NCBI GenBank assembly: GCA_951406725.2
Contig: OX597826.1
Coordinates: forward strand, 72,478,001-72,542,000
DNA length: 64,000 nt
Origin: Octopus vulgaris
Lineage: Eukaryota
Direction: 5' to 3'
Position 1 is the first letter of the stretch. Every line of letters begins with the position of its first letter. The position numbers were made by a program, and so were the translations under genes. The notes under the pieces were generated by a model, which searched no databases, was not told the DNA's origin, and saw only the letters and a program-made list of their open reading frames with translations. Shown here piece by piece: positions 1-12,904 of this stretch.

Positions 1-321
1 TCAGTCACCAGTCATAAACTTTCAATGATCATTACATACCAAAACAAAACAAACATTAAACTTAAAAACCACATGAAATAAAAAAAACAAAAAAACTACT
101 GCATTCTGTGTTGTGATGTGTCAAGTTCTTGTTTGTAGTCTCAGCTCAGTCCTGATTGAGTAATCCTATGGGGCAAAGATAGTTGATATACTAGTGGGGC
201 CCAAATAAAGTTTCTTCCTGTTTAGGAACATGTAAGAATGTTAAAGTGCTGCAACTGGAGAGAGATTTAACCTGATGAGATGGCTGGTGAGGCTGGTAGT
301 GGTATGCGTATGTTTATTATA

Positions 322-879
322 AAGGGTATTCAAAAAGTCTCTCCACAGTCAATTTTTTTCATCCCGACTCTCCAAGATGTGTTTCAAAATGTGCCAATGG
401 CATGTGAAAAAACATTCGAGCAAGGTTGTTGCCAGTGCCGCTGGACTGGCTCCTGTGCAGGTGGCATGTAAAAAACACCATTTGAGTATGGCTGTTGCCA
501 GTACCGCCTGACTGGCCCTCATGCCGGTGGTATGTAAAAGCATCCACTACACTCTCGGAGTGGTTGGCATTAGGAAGGGCATCCAGCTGTAGAAACTCTG
601 CCAGATCAGATGGAGCCTAGTGCAGCCATCTGGTTCGCCAGTCCTCAGTCAAATCATCCAACCCATGCCAGCATGGAAAGCGGATGTTAAACGATGATGA
701 TGATGATGATGTGCAGAAGAGTCAACTTATGTATTGAAAATGAAGGACGACATTTTCAACACCTGTTATAAGTTTTTTTAAATCTTGTAAAGTCTAATAT
801 ATTCTTTTGTAGTCTTATACCATCTTATGAATATTTATTTTGCAATAAAATACTGCAGAAAGACTTTTTGAACACCCTG
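322..879 (+). mobile_element. Non-autonomous Tc1/mariner deletion derivative with nested SINE
   Basis: TA-flanked TIRs AAGGGTATTCAAAAAGTCT / AGACTTTTTGAACACCCTG; residual transposase C-terminus TLQDVFQNV..RRVNLCIENEGRHFQHLL*. Confidence 0.75.
395..708 (+). mobile_element. SINE-like family A with (GAT)n tail
   Basis: Core GGAAGGGCATCCAGCTGTAGAAAC...GTTAAACGATGATG; flanking ATGTGC duplication (389-394, 709-714). Other copies ~6940-7122(+), 7660-7855(+), 8315-8540(-), 18425-18610(-), 25635-25815(+), 27285-27575(-), 37560-37835(+), 41230-41460(-), 41515-41815(-), 55640-55915(+). Confidence 0.85.
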
Positions 880-1309
880 TATTAATGTGATATATCATTG
901 TAAGTGTAGTATTGTTCCCTATTAGTGTACCCTTGACATGTAGTAAGAATGTCACCTGAGTTATTGTTAGAGATGGATGTTGTGTGTAATAATGAGCTTT
1001 TTTTTTTACTTCCATAAAAGTGTTTTTAATGCTGTTACTGTTGTTTGGCAAAATCTTTTAGATTCCTTTTTTTTCATTTTATGCTTACAAAGTTTATTTC
1101 TGTATGAAATGATTATTCTTAAAGCATGTGCTAAATTAAATATTTCTGTGTTGCAAAGTTAGTGTTCCTTCATTAATCCAGCCATGACAATCCTACCTTC
1201 TTTCAGGATTTGTTTATTCTATATCTGTAACTATTTTTTAAAGACAACTGGTTAGAATTTGAGGAAGAATATTTGGCAGATAAAGCAACGATGTGAAGTC
1301 TCCCTTACT

Positions 1310-1740
1310 AGCTCATGTTGTGATGTGTTGAGTACTATTGCTATATGCTGTTGTGTTGTGATATGGTGACTGCCTTGTTATATGGTGTTTTTATGTTGTG
1401 AAGTTGGATTGTTGTGTTGTGAAGTGGGGATATTGTGTTGCAATATGGCTTGTGTTATGATATGGTGGTGTGTTTTTACACTAAGACAGGGTAGTTTTGT
1501 GTAGTGATGGTGTATTGTGATATTGTGGTACCACGTGATATGGTATTGTAGTGTGATGTTTGATGTGACGATCCCTGTTATTGTTATGTTGCAATTCTGA
1601 AATGGTGTGCTGCTGTGATATTTGCTGAATTGTGTTGTGTTGCAATACAGTGTGACTGCGATGCATGTGTGTTGTTTATTGATTGTTCCATAGTGACAAT
1701 GTGACATGTTAGTCGTGCAGTGTCACTTCCGTGCTGTAGC
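1310..1740. repeat. Degenerate TG-rich low-complexity tract (similar tract at ~9710-10620)
   Basis: Recurrent GTGTTGTG/TGATATGGT motifs with strand skew; explains the His/Thr-rich ORFs. Confidence 0.6.
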
Positions 1741-2118
1741 AAGTCATATGACAGAAAAAAAAAATGTGTCCCAGCCTGAAGAAATACTTACTCTGTATGA
1801 TGGGAAAGTCAGTAGAGTGCGATAACTGCCAGCCTGGAGTTCAGGGTCATCTAAAAGGTATGGTTCGTATTTCAGTTCATCTTCCTCCACAACTGATGAA
1901 GATATTAAACAAAACAGTCAGTTTAATTACATATCACACATATCACATCGACATATCACACATACACACACACAGCACATTACATTTGTACTGACATACA
2001 CTCAGTAATATTACAGCAATGGCGAAATGGCATTTGTATTTGTATTATAACAGTTAGATCACATCAGTGTTGATAAACCAGCAAATGCTATTACAAGACT
2101 ATCAATCTCTCTCTGTCG

Positions 2119-2119
<1 letters not shown>

Positions 2120-2193
<74 letters not shown>
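2120..2193. repeat. Compound (CA)n(CT)n microsatellite
   Basis: Directly visible. Confidence 0.95.
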
Positions 2194-2196
<3 letters not shown>

Positions 2197-2499
2197 TTAT
2201 ACATATATCATTGATGTTAGTGTTATCACATTAGTGTGCCACATTAGTCTATGTTACATGAAGTTAGTAACATTAGTTGTACCAAAATCAGTTTTACAAA
2301 TAGTGTTACTACATCAAGCCGTCTGTGTCACATGTTACACCAGTGGCTCCACACTGCATTATAACACTATTATCACACATCATGTTACATATTATACTAT
2401 AGTAGTGATATTAATCATGGAAAAAATATGGCTCTTTCATTGTAGTCTGTTACCTACAAGAGAACAAAAATTCTTATTTTACCACAGAAAATTATGTTA

Positions 2500-2870
2500 G
2501 ATATAGAATGGACTATGATGAGTATAGAACAATCCATAGTACGGTCAATATAGACTGGATTATAGTATGGTGAAATTAAATGGAGTACAGTATGGCAGGC
2601 TTAGAATGGATTACAGCATGCCAGGTATGGAAGGGATTATAGCATATTAGGTATAGAAATAATTATATTATGGCAGGTACAGCATGGATTATAATATAGC
2701 AGATAAAGTATGGTGGATATAGAATGGATTAAAGAACAGTGAATATACAAAGGATTATAGCAGAATGAGTATAGAATAAATAATAATACAGTGGGGGTAG
2801 AATGAACTATAGTCTGGTAGGACTAGAAGGGACAACAGCAATAGTGGGTATAGCTTGGACTAAGATGTGA
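2500..2870. repeat. Degenerate minisatellite, unit ~26 bp
   Basis: Repeated GTATAGAATGGATTATAGTATGG-like units. Confidence 0.7.
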
Positions 2871-3059
2871 TGGTTTTTCTCTCTCTTTACAGTGTACAAC
2901 TGTAGCTGAATATACTACGTTATTGATAGAAGGAGAATGGTTCCCATAGGAAATGAGTATTTATGAGAAGTTGATGGAATATCTATAAAATACTCAAAAT
3001 GCTACAGACAAGATGTGAAGATGTATAATTTTTCCCATTTCCCTCTCTTTATTATAGCT

Positions 3060-3520
3060 AGACTCGCTTACATTATTAAAACCTTCCATTTGGTTTATGC
3101 TCTTCCCTGGGCATGGACACATCAAAGCTCTGATGTCTGGCACCCACGAGATTATCCATCATCTTTCCAACAACACCCATGGGCAACTTTTTGAATTTCA
3201 TGTCTAACCCTCACGGACATGCTTACAAATACATCACCCATGACTTTCGGAAACATTTTTTCATGCTCAGAATTGCTGAAGCATGGAATAAGCTACTCAC
3301 ATCAGTTGTTAGCTATCAGGACACTGCACCCCTCAAAACTTCCATGTTTCTTGCAATTCACCAACGGTACACCTGATGTACCCCCACCTGCTTTTTTTAA
3401 ACGACTCATTCATTGTTCACTTTCTGTGCATTATTCTATATACTGTTCATGTGCTTTTCGCTACATTTTTCTGATGAGTTGTAGTGCACCTGAGCATTGT
3501 ATACAGTAAGTTCATTATAA
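3060..3520 (+). mobile_element. CR1-group LINE 3' remnant
   Basis: GHAYK..HDFRKHFFMLRIAEAWNKL..SVV resembles the CR1 ORF2 C-terminal RGHxxK/FFxxRVxxxWNxLP motif. Confidence 0.7.
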
Positions 3521-3543
3521 TTATTTTTTTACTTTACATTTAA

Positions 3544-3763
3544 CCCTTTCATTACTGTATTTATTCTGAGGTGTTCTGTGTTTCTTTCAGTTACTTTATA
3601 TATAACAAAGAATTTAGTAAAATAACTTAATTATCATTAAGCTAGTGTTCGGAACATAAATTGTGACCACAGTTTGGTGGAAGATTTTAATTCAAAACTT
3701 ATGAAAACAAGACATTTGTACTCAGAGCCAGAGCCGGTTTCAGCCGGGTTGGTAACGAAAGGG
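3544..3763. mobile_element. piggyBac-like MITE
   Basis: TTAA on both sides; TIR CCCTTTC(A/G)TTAC / GTAACGAAAGGG; near-identical copy at 11319-11532. Confidence 0.85.
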
Positions 3764-4188
3764 TTAATGTTTCAATAGTACATGCTATATATACCCCCAT
3801 GTACAGCTGAATATTTCAGAATGACATCTCAAGAAATATGCACTCCTTACTCAAGAATTCCAGGTGCTTCAATTTATTTATCATTTTATCACACATATTA
3901 GCTTTCGCATCTCCTACTTCGCTTTATGCTACATCTCCTACTGTCACATTTCCATACCACCGTTTCTCTTTAGCTGCCATTCCCTACCACAATGATCTGA
4001 AAAAACTGTAGCCACCATCCACTATTATTCACAACCATCACATGTCTATATCATCCGCTACAACCACCTACTTCTACACTACTTCAACTATCTTTATTAG
4101 GAGTCTTTGAAGGGGGCCCTCTACATGGCCATTCAAGCTGCTTGAGACTGCAACCCAATCTCTCCTAAATTATACTCCACGATATCAA

Positions 4189-4302
4189 CCTTTAGCATGC
4201 TATAAATGCATCATATTACTGTATGAGTTTTCTCCCCTCTCAATGCAACACAAAGGGAAGAAAACTTGTACAGTGACATGATGTGCCTAAGTGTGCTAAA
4301 GG
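4189..4302. mobile_element. Short TTAA-type MITE
   Basis: TIR CCTTTAGCA / TGCTAAAGG with TCAA/TTAA flanks; related right end at ~61730-61747. Confidence 0.5.
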
Positions 4303-4613
4303 TTAAGAGACAAAAAAAGAGACATTGAATAATGCAATCTTAGATATCTGAAAATAAGATGGGATGGTCATGACTGTCATGTCTTTCATCATAGGTTTAC
4401 TCACTCAGGCATGACCTAAGGTTAAACAACCTCTACACAGCAAGCATCTGCCATCATGACTTACCTCCGTTGTAGTCATCATGCATCACTGTCACAATCT
4501 ACCTCTTCTGTAGCTACCATTCATTACCATCAAATGGCCATATTGCTATCAGCTATTACTACACTAACAACCATCTACTACCATCACAAATACCACAAGA
4601 CAATCTACAATCC

Positions 4614-4664
<51 letters not shown>

Positions 4665-4669
4665 TAATC

Positions 4670-6380
4670 TTTTCTACTAAAGCCACAAGGCCTGAAATTT
4701 TGGGAAAGGGGACGAGTCGACTAGATCAACCTCAGTGTTTCACTGGTACTTAATTTATCAGCCCTGAAAGGATGAAAGGCAAAGTTGACCTTGATGGAAT
4801 CTAAACTCTGAACATGAAGACAGGATGAAATACCAGTAAGCATTTCACCCAGCATGCTAACAATTCTGTCAGCTCACAACCACCTTCAATAATAATAATA
4901 ATAATAATAATAATTATAATAATAGGTATCCACTAGCTTTCAAAAGTCTTTTAAGTGCTTAGAAAACCTCCCGATACTCTTAGGGACAGGAATGATTATC
5001 AGGAGGGTTCTAAGCACTTAAAAGACTATTGAAAGCTAGTGGATACCTAATGTTACAGGTAGTAACCGGCTACCCATGTAAATTTTACCAGGAATAAGGC
5101 CAAACCTGAGTCAAATCAATAATTATAAATAATAATAATAATTCTTTGCAATTTTGTCACAAGGCCAGTCATCTTGAGGGAAGTTGATTACATTGACTCC
5201 AGTACTTGACTGGTACTTTATTGACCCCTGAAAGGATGCAAGGAAAAGTTGAGCTCAGTGGAATTTGAACCCAGATATGTGAAGAGCCAGAAAAAATTCT
5301 GCTAAGCATTTTGTCCAATGTGCTAATGATTCTACTGGCTGGTCCCTGATTTAGGTACAAGGCCAGTAATTTCAAGAGGGGGTTAGTCAGCAACATCAAT
5401 TTCAGTACTTGACTGGCCCTTAATTTTACCAACACTGGAGGGATGAAAGGTAACGTTAACTTTGATGGGATTTGAACTTGGTATGTAAAGAGCCATAACA
5501 AAAATTGCAAGGCATTTTTTCTCCCAATGCTGCCAGCTTGCCACCTTTTTAAGTAGGGGCTTCTGATTTAGGCACAAGGTTGGTATTTTTTTTTTTTTTA
5601 GGGAGAGACAGGATTAGTCAGTTACATTGATCCCAGCACTTAATTGGTACATTATATTATCAACCCCAGAGGGATGAAAGGCAAAGTTGACCATGGCAGG
5701 ATTTGAACTCAGAGTGTAATGAGTTAGAAGAAATAAATACCACTAGGCATTTTCGCTGATGCTCTAACAACCGTACCAGCTCACTGCCTCAGTAATAATA
5801 ATGATTTCAAATTTTGGCACAAGGCCAGCAATTTCAGGGGAAAAGGAATAGTTGATTATATTGACCCCAGTGTTTAACTGGTACTTATTTTATCAATCTT
5901 GGAAAAATGAATGACAAAGCTGACCTTGGCAGAATTTGAACTCAGAACATCAAGATGGATGAAATGCCACTAAGCATTTTACCTGACATGCTAATGATTC
6001 TGCCAACTCACCAGCTTTTCCTTTTCACTAAAGGCACAAGGCCTCAAATTCGAGGGAAGGGGGCTAGTCACTTATATCCAACCCCAGTGCTCAAATGTTA
6101 CTTATTTCATCGACCCCAAAAGGATGAAAGGTAAAGTTGACAGAGATCGTAAGGATCGATAAAATACCGCTAAGCATTCTGTCTGATGTGCTAATGATTC
6201 TGTCAGCTTGCAATAATAATAATAATAATAATAATAATAATCATAATAATAATGATAATAATAATTTCTAACAAGTTTGGAAAGACAAGGACTGAGTGAA
6301 TTATATCAATGACAGTACATGACTGGTAGTTGTTTTACCAACCCTGGAAGGACAAAACACATAGTCAACCTCAGTACATA
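4670..6380 (-). mobile_element. Cluster of ~7 same-orientation family B SINE copies
   Basis: Repeated CACAAGGCC..GGTACTT..GGATGAAAGGCAAAGTTGACC..GAATTTGAACTCAG..TGCTAA..TTCTGCCAGCT units, several separated by (AAT)n. Confidence 0.8.
4923..5140 (+). mobile_element. 5'-truncated R4/Dong-like non-LTR 3' end with inverted duplication
   Basis: LLGTGMIIRRVLST* (4977-5021) resembles the R4/Dong C-terminus LGTxxIxRxVL; embedded in (AAT)n; arms 4923-4976 and 4997-5049. Confidence 0.55.
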
Positions 6381-7124
6381 AAGATACATAGAATGGTGTC
6401 ACTTAATTTAAAGGCAAGAGTAGTATAAGTTGATTACATGATAATTATTTCCATTTATTTAACCTCTTAACATCTCAACTGTATATATACGAGCAGAAGG
6501 ATGACTTTTTATTCTTCAAAAATGACATCAGTTTAAACATCAGAATTCTAATTTAGCTTAATGTAATTACGGACAGTATCAATAATGTCACAAAAAATGT
6601 CAGTTTGGGAACATGTATGTTCTGTGTTGCAAAATTATTGTTTTCCCACCAATCTAGCCATGACTATCCTGTCTTCTTTTCAAGTATATTACTTTCAGGA
6701 TTGGCTTATTCTATATCTTTAACCGTTTTTGAAGACAATTTAATAGAATTGTATTAAGTATGCAAGTTTTCTTTCAACAAAACAGAAATGTGTGTATTAA
6801 TGATTCAGAAGAATGAAACCATAAGACACGGATAATTGGTTGGATTCCTGAAATTTAGGAAAACAGGATCACAGCCATGAGCTAACGAATTAATCAATTT
6901 GCTGATTACATTATCTGGAATTTTTTCATATTTTAGATTGTATAAAAAGCACCCACTACACTCGCGGAGTGGTTGGCATTAGGAAGGGCATCCAGCTGTA
7001 GAAACACTGCCAGATCAGACTGGAGCCTGGTGCAGCCCCTGGCTTCCCAGACCCCAGTCGAACCGTCCAACCCGTGCTAGCGTGGAAAACGGATGTTAAA
7101 CGATGATGATGATGATGATGATAA

Positions 7125-8220
7125 TCATACGGTTCATTGCATTTCTTGGATTTCCTTGGTTCAATACTCATGTTGATCCCTTTGAAGACTGTGCTGGCCA
7201 CTGCAGCATCCAGATTTTCTAGTATTTTTTAGTAGCTCACTGGGTTATAGTCATGCTGGAAAATCCACAACCAGCTCAAATGACTCTTGGCATATGGAAC
7301 TTATGGGAGTATAATCATTTCCAAGATTTCTAGATAGGCAGAACTGTTGATGATGTTTGGGACCAGCCCTTTTTCTAGAGATGCAGCTCTAAATCATGAC
7401 AGTCATCACTAGTCTTAACTGTCAGCAGACTCATGCACTCCAGATGACATTTGGCTATATGACATCGGACATATACTTGGCCATCAGAGCTGAACAAATG
7501 AAATTTTGGTGCATCCAACCACAAAATTTATTACAAGTCTGATGGTGTCCAGTTTTTACATTGCCGAGCAAACTAAGTACAGGTATGATGATTTTTCAGA
7601 GAAATGTACAAATTTTTATTTTTCTACAAAACATTGTGGAAGATACTGGTTTCATGCAAATGGCACCTGTGCTGGTGGCACATAAAAGTACCCATTACAC
7701 TCTCAGAATGGTTGGTGTAAGGAAGGGCATCCAGCCATAAAAACCAGGCCAAATCAGGCTAGAGTCTGGTGTAGCCTTCCAGCTTGCCAGGCCTGGTCAA
7801 ACTGTCCAACTCATGCCAGCATGGACAACGGATGATAATGATGATGATGATGACATCTTTTAAGTCCAAGCGATTTTAGCAAATTTTTATGGTATTGATA
7901 GGAATGTGACAAGCGGTATTTCCGTTGAAAGTCACACAAAATATCAATGGCTTTCATTTTCCGGTTCTTCATTGACAAACAGCAATTTTATCAGTCCATC
8001 CTCTTAGTATTTGTTTTTCACATGCTTTAATTGAAGATGGTTACAATAGCCATAGCAGCTGAAGTTACTGCGCATCCAACTTCGGAAGTTATGGCTTTAA
8101 AAGCCCATCCCAGTTCCATATTTCTCAATTGCCTCTTTAATGAGGCGTTTTGTTTGTTTTTAACCCCTCACAACAAATCTCAAGATTCTATAATCAAACA
8201 ATTATTTATAGTAGATTTAA
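7125..8220 (-). mobile_element. Decayed Tc1 transposase remnant interrupted by a SINE
   Basis: Minus-strand fragments FARQCKNWT..ILWLDAPKFHLFSSDGQVYVR, FQHDYNP and LQWPAQSS resemble Tc1 motifs WSDESKF, FQQDNDPKH and WPAQSPDL. Confidence 0.65.
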
Positions 8221-8890
8221 TAGTAATATCAATGTTTATAAAATATTAATTTCAAATTTTGGCACAAGGCCAGCAATTTTGGGGAGGGAGTAAGTCAATT
8301 ACATCAACCCCGGTGATCATCATCATCATCATCATTTAACGTCTGTCTTCCATGGGTGGGACGGTTTCACAAGAGCCGGCCAGGCCAAAGCCTGCACCAG
8401 ACTTTTGTGACTGTTTTGGCAGGGTTTTTACAGCTGGATGGCCTTTTGAACACCAACCACTCAGCAGAATGGACCTAGTGCTTTTTTTATGTGGCACAAG
8501 CACAGGCGAGGTCAAATTTGGCAAGGTTTTTACAGCTAGGTGCCCAAAAGGATGGAAAGTGAAGTTGACCTCAGTGGAATTTGAACTTGGAACATAAAGA
8601 CGGATGAAAAGCCACAAAGTTTTTTGCCTGGCGTGCTAACGGTTCTGCCAGCTCACTGCCTTATGTTTATTAAATATTAAAATTTAAATTCTTTTTTTAA
8701 AGTGTTCTTAAATTATGTGACATTCATTTTTGTGACTTCTTTAATACTATCAATAATTTCATAATGATAAATTTAAATTTCTCACATGTAAACTTAATAT
8801 TATTTGAAAGAGAAATAAAAAAAAAAAATTCTCTTTTTATTCATACATTAACTCGTGATTAATTAAACAGGTATAATTAACACTTATCCA

Positions 8891-8964
8891 TCAGAGTACT
8901 ATTGTCTTCAAACTAAGTGAATCCAACTTGTCGTTTACTCTTCCGATTCTTCCACTGCACCATG
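8891..8964 (-). CDS. Probable terminal coding exon of minus-strand gene: (A)WCSGRIGRVNDKLDSLSLKTIVL*
   Basis: Phase matches the previous exon; T-rich AAG acceptor; TGA stop; AATAAA on minus strand at 8836-8841. Confidence 0.45.
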
Positions 8965-9365
8965 CTTAGATAATAACAACAACAACAACGATAACAACAA
9001 CAATATTAAGGATTATTAAAATGGTAAGGATGCAAGAAATAGTGAAATTAGATGCATTAGTAAGTAAAAAAAAAAAAAATAGTGCATGGAAACTCTATCA
9101 CCACCGCCACCGCCACCAGAAAGAAAAGCAGGCAACAGCAGCAGCTGTGGAGCAACAACTGCTGCTGTATGACAACACATGCAACTGTACAGCTGCAGTT
9201 CTTACTGTACAGCAGTTGCTGCAACTGTATAACAACAGCCCTTGCTGCACAATAACTACGACTGTACAGCAACAGTATGGCAAGGCAATGAATAGCGACC
9301 ACCTGATTGCAAGATGTTTGGGTGAGAGGAAGATTGTGATCTGCCGGGGAGCAATCACATCTTAC

Positions 9366-9437
9366 CTGTGTCTAAAGACAACGGTGCACAGCTGACTCTT
9401 TGGGAATCATGGGAAATACTACGCAATATCTCGCGAC
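9366..9437 (-). CDS. Coding exon (G)REILRSISHDSQRVSCAPLSLDT
   Basis: Acceptor tttttctaacccatttag, donor gtaaga; 72 nt, phase 1-1, open. Confidence 0.7.
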
Positions 9438-10117
9438 CTAAATGGGTTAGAAAAACACATGGTAGAAAGAAAGAGAAAGAGCGAGAAAAAATATGGGTCA
9501 TAGTAATCATGCACCGTTTCCCTCTTTTTTTTTTTTGCAATCCCTTTTTTTTTTTTGTTTTCCTCTTTTCTTTGTTGTTGATGCTGCAGTTCAGTCAACT
9601 CTGCTCCAGAGGGTCCAGAAGATCCATTGCTTGGATGTAGTTGGTTGAATGCTTGAGTGAGATCCAAAGATATGTCAGGTTTTGGGTTTTGTAAATGAAC
9701 ACCTCCTACACTACACTGTCACTTAACAGTAGTGTGACTGTAGTGGGATGGTGTAGACATGTATGCGATATAGTGTAATTGCAATAGTGTGAGAGAGTAA
9801 ACATGTACAAATATAGTTTGTCAGTGAAGGCAGCGTCTGGTGTAGTATGATAGTATGTGGTGTAGCATAGATATGTATGATATAATGTGGTAGTGATGAC
9901 AATGTCTGGTATAGTATGATTTGATAAAGTAGACTGAGTGATATTATGTGGTGGGAAACAAAGTGGTGTAGTATGATGGGGGGACACAGAGTGTTGTAAG
10001 ATCGTGTGGTGGCGTAGACATGTGAGGAGTAGTACAGTATTGAAGACATATTGTGTGATAGTGAGGTCATGTTGTGTGGTATGGTGGTGTAGTGTTGTGA
10101 AGATACTGAGTGGCGCA

Positions 10118-10286
10118 CAGTGCCATCTTAAGGCATGCACACACTGGCAGTTGCTCCGAAGCTTCAAGAGTCCAGGGGCCCAGCTCTGATCTATGTATGC
10201 TGTGACTTGCTGTCAATCAATATATACTATAGTGCCTGGTGCATTGATTTTCCCAGGGGGCCTATAATAGTGTTAAGACAACCCTG
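10118..10286. mobile_element. hAT-type MITE
   Basis: TIR CAGTGCCATCTTAA / TTAAGACAACCCTG; 8-bp TSD GTGGCGCA/GTGGCACA. Confidence 0.7.
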
Positions 10287-10625
10287 GTGGCACAGTTTGG
10301 TAGTGAGGACACGTGTTGGATGTGGTATGGCATGGTAGTAAGGTAACGTTGTTGTGTGGGGTCTAGTATAGTTGTGAGGTCATATCGTGTGGTGTAGTTT
10401 GGCGCCGAGAACTGTGTGATGTGTAGTGTGGTAGCCGAATAATTTTGTGTTGTGAGGTAATTTGAATATGTTGTGAGATATGCAGAGAGAGCAGGATGAA
10501 TGTGTGGATGTTGTGTTGTTTGTAGTATAGTAGTGAGGACATGTTGGGTGATGTATGTCAACACAGCAAGTTTGTTTGGAGTGTAGCAAGACAGGTAGAG
10601 AGAGTTGTGTGATGGGGGTGTTATA

Positions 10626-10846
10626 TGAGGGGGGTGCTGAAAACTTCCTGGCTTTGGGTAAAAGAAAATACAGGAAGATCAGTTAATTATGGTTTTATTC
10701 AACATATCCCCTTCTCAGATTCACACACTTATTGCAGCGGTCCTTCAGGTTTTTTTCAAAGTCCTGCAAAAAAACTCGGAAGGTCGGGCCTCCAACCAGG
10801 CTTTTTGCGAGACCCTTAAAGCCAGGAACTTTTCAGTATTCCCTCA
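10626..10846. mobile_element. Mariner-derived MITE
   Basis: TA TSD; ~30-bp TIRs TGAGGGGGGTGCTGAAAACTTCCTGGCTTT / AAAGCCAGGAACTTTTCAGTATTCCCTCA. Confidence 0.85.
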
Positions 10847-10990
10847 TAATGCAAACTGAGACAGTTGCAGCTAGTTGGGTCCAACTGGCTTCATACCACT
10901 AGAGAGAGTTGTTTGTATAAACCTCTCTGAGTGATGGCATTAGAAAACTGAGTGAGCTCATGTAAAATTTCCTTTTCTTTTTCTTTACAG

Positions 10991-11178
10991 AAATAGCAAA
11001 TTTATCAGCAATGCTCAGCAAGTAAAAGTATCTATCTATAAGAAATGGAAATGTTGAGTTAGAGGAATGCATAGCTACTAAACCAGAAAAACATATATTT
11101 GATGAGCTGTTTCAAAAAGTGGACATCAGTTGGAAGAAGAGCTTCTGTGTAGCTGCCTCCCAAATCATAAAGCTGTAG
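10991..11178 (+). other. Plus-strand exon-like segment (noncoding or pseudo-exon)
   Basis: Strong acceptor ttttctttttctttacag and donor gtatgt; best frame has an internal TAA and ends in TAG. Confidence 0.45.
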
Positions 11179-11318
11179 GTATGTTCTGCAACAGTTGTAA
11201 TTAATAACTATTCACACTTCATAGTTTAGAGATGAGTTTAATAGTTTGACTAATTAGTGAAGATCTAAGAATCTACCAAAATATAAGAAATAATGTTTGT
11301 ATAATATTCACTTTTTAA

Positions 11319-11532
11319 CCCTTTCGTTACTGTATTTATTTTGAGATGCTCTGTGTTTCTTTCAATTATTTTGAATATAACAAAGAATTTAGTAAAATAA
11401 CTTTGTTATCATTAAGCTAGTGTTAGGAACATAGATTGTGACTAAGGTTTGGTGGAAGATTTTAATTCAAAACTTATGAAAACAAGACATTTGAACTCAG
11501 AGCCGGTTTCAGCCGGGTTGGTAACAAAAGGG
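11319..11532. mobile_element. piggyBac-like MITE (second copy)
   Basis: TTAA TSD, TIR CCCTTTCGTTAC / GTAACAAAAGGG. Confidence 0.85.
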
Positions 11533-11751
11533 TTAATCTTTTTTTTTAAGATCTAAAACAGAAAATTACTGTTTTGCTGTAATCATAGAATTGTAGAAAT
11601 ATCACTTTCTGTTCTGTACTATTGTGGTGATATTACTGTATGTATGGCTATAATGCAGAGATGACATTAGCTGTAGTACCACACTATAGAGTTATTACTA
11701 AGTGTACAATCATATAAATATATTACTAGCTGCACTATTTCTATTGTCATA

Positions 11752-12097
11752 TTCTTCTACTTGTTTCAGTCATTTGACTGCAGCCATGCTGGAGCACTGC
11801 CTTTAGTTGAACAAATCAACCCAAGGACTTATTCTTTGTAAGCCTAGTACTTATTCTATCAGTCTCTTTTGCCGAAATGCCAAGTTACGGGGATGTAAAC
11901 ATATCAACATTGGTTGTAGAGTGATGGTGGGGGTACTAACACAGACACACACACGATGGGCTTCTTTCAGTTTCTGCCTACCAAATCCACTCACAATGCT
12001 GAGTCTATGGTAAAAGACACTTGCCCAAGGTGGCATGCAGTGGGACTGAACCTGGAACCATATGGTTGGGAAGCAAGCTTCTTACCACGCAGCCATG
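11752..12097 (-). mobile_element. tRNA-derived SINE family C
   Basis: Minus-strand head GGCTGCGTGGTAAGAAG..GGTTCAGTCCC (A/B boxes), 3' tail GTGCTCCAGCATGG..GACTGAAACAAG; other copies ~35470-35775(+), 41978-42348(-), 55170-55450(-), 59143-59583(-), 61127-61545(+, different 3' part). Confidence 0.85.
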
Positions 12098-12525
12098 CTG
12101 TAGAGATATCAGTAGATGTACTATCATATTGGAAAGATATCACTAGATTTACTAAGTGTACTGGAAGTGTGGTCACATTTATAACTATCACTAGCTGCAC
12201 TGCTATATTGCAGAAATATTGCACCATCTTGATGAGATCTCACTGGTATGCTGTAGAGATATCACTAGACGCAGTGCCATATTGTAGAGCTATTACTCAC
12301 CAACCATACAGTTATATTGCAGAGATAATACTTAGCTCTACTGTAATATTGCAGAGATATTACTAATTGTAATGCCATATTGAAGATACATAATCAATTG
12401 TATTTGTTTTTCAATGGTTTAGTCAGAGAAAGAAGAGCAATACCCACGACCTTCTTTTGTAGGACCTTAGTAAAGGAAAATGGAGGATAAAACCATGATT
12501 AATGGATTACACCAACACTACACAC

Positions 12526-12588
12526 CTGGTCTGAATGTTTGCAATGGAGTGGATCCTGTGAAAGGCATCCGATGACCAAGTGGTTGTG
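12526..12588 (-). CDS. Coding exon (A)QPLGHRMPFTGSTPLQTFRP
   Basis: Acceptor catacaatttag, donor CAG|gtgtgt; 63 nt, phase 1-1, open. Confidence 0.55.
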
Positions 12589-12904
12589 CTAAATTGTATG
12601 ATAAATTAACTTTATCATCATAGATAAGACAGTACATTAAAAATGATAAAGGCTTTTTCAGAACAAGTTAGAATTTTTTAAAATTGCAGCTGGGTGGATA
12701 AGGTATTATATATCCAGTCCACATAATCTTGAGTAATGAGTTCAAATCTGTTGTAACCATCTTGTTGTTTATGAACAGAACACCATAATTTATCTTATCT
12801 CTGTTCATCAAAATATCAGGATTAAATACCTGATATTATGTCAATGTTAACAGTAATAGACTGGCGTCCTGTCCACGATAAGTTTGTCTTACATCTGCTT
12901 CATA

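Noticed and set aside
4670-6380. CRISPR-like regular repeats
   Set aside because: Units are ~200-bp diverged SINEs in a eukaryotic context, with no short repeat-spacer structure or cas genes.
7130-7220. Possible further minus-strand exon ENLDAAVASTVFKGINMSIEPRKSKKCNEP
   Set aside because: Poor acceptor, and another frame gives Tc1 motifs (FQHD, WPAQS), so it is transposon debris.
9100-9280. Gln/Cys-rich ORFs
   Set aside because: Degenerate CAG/CAA/CTG repeat within an intron.
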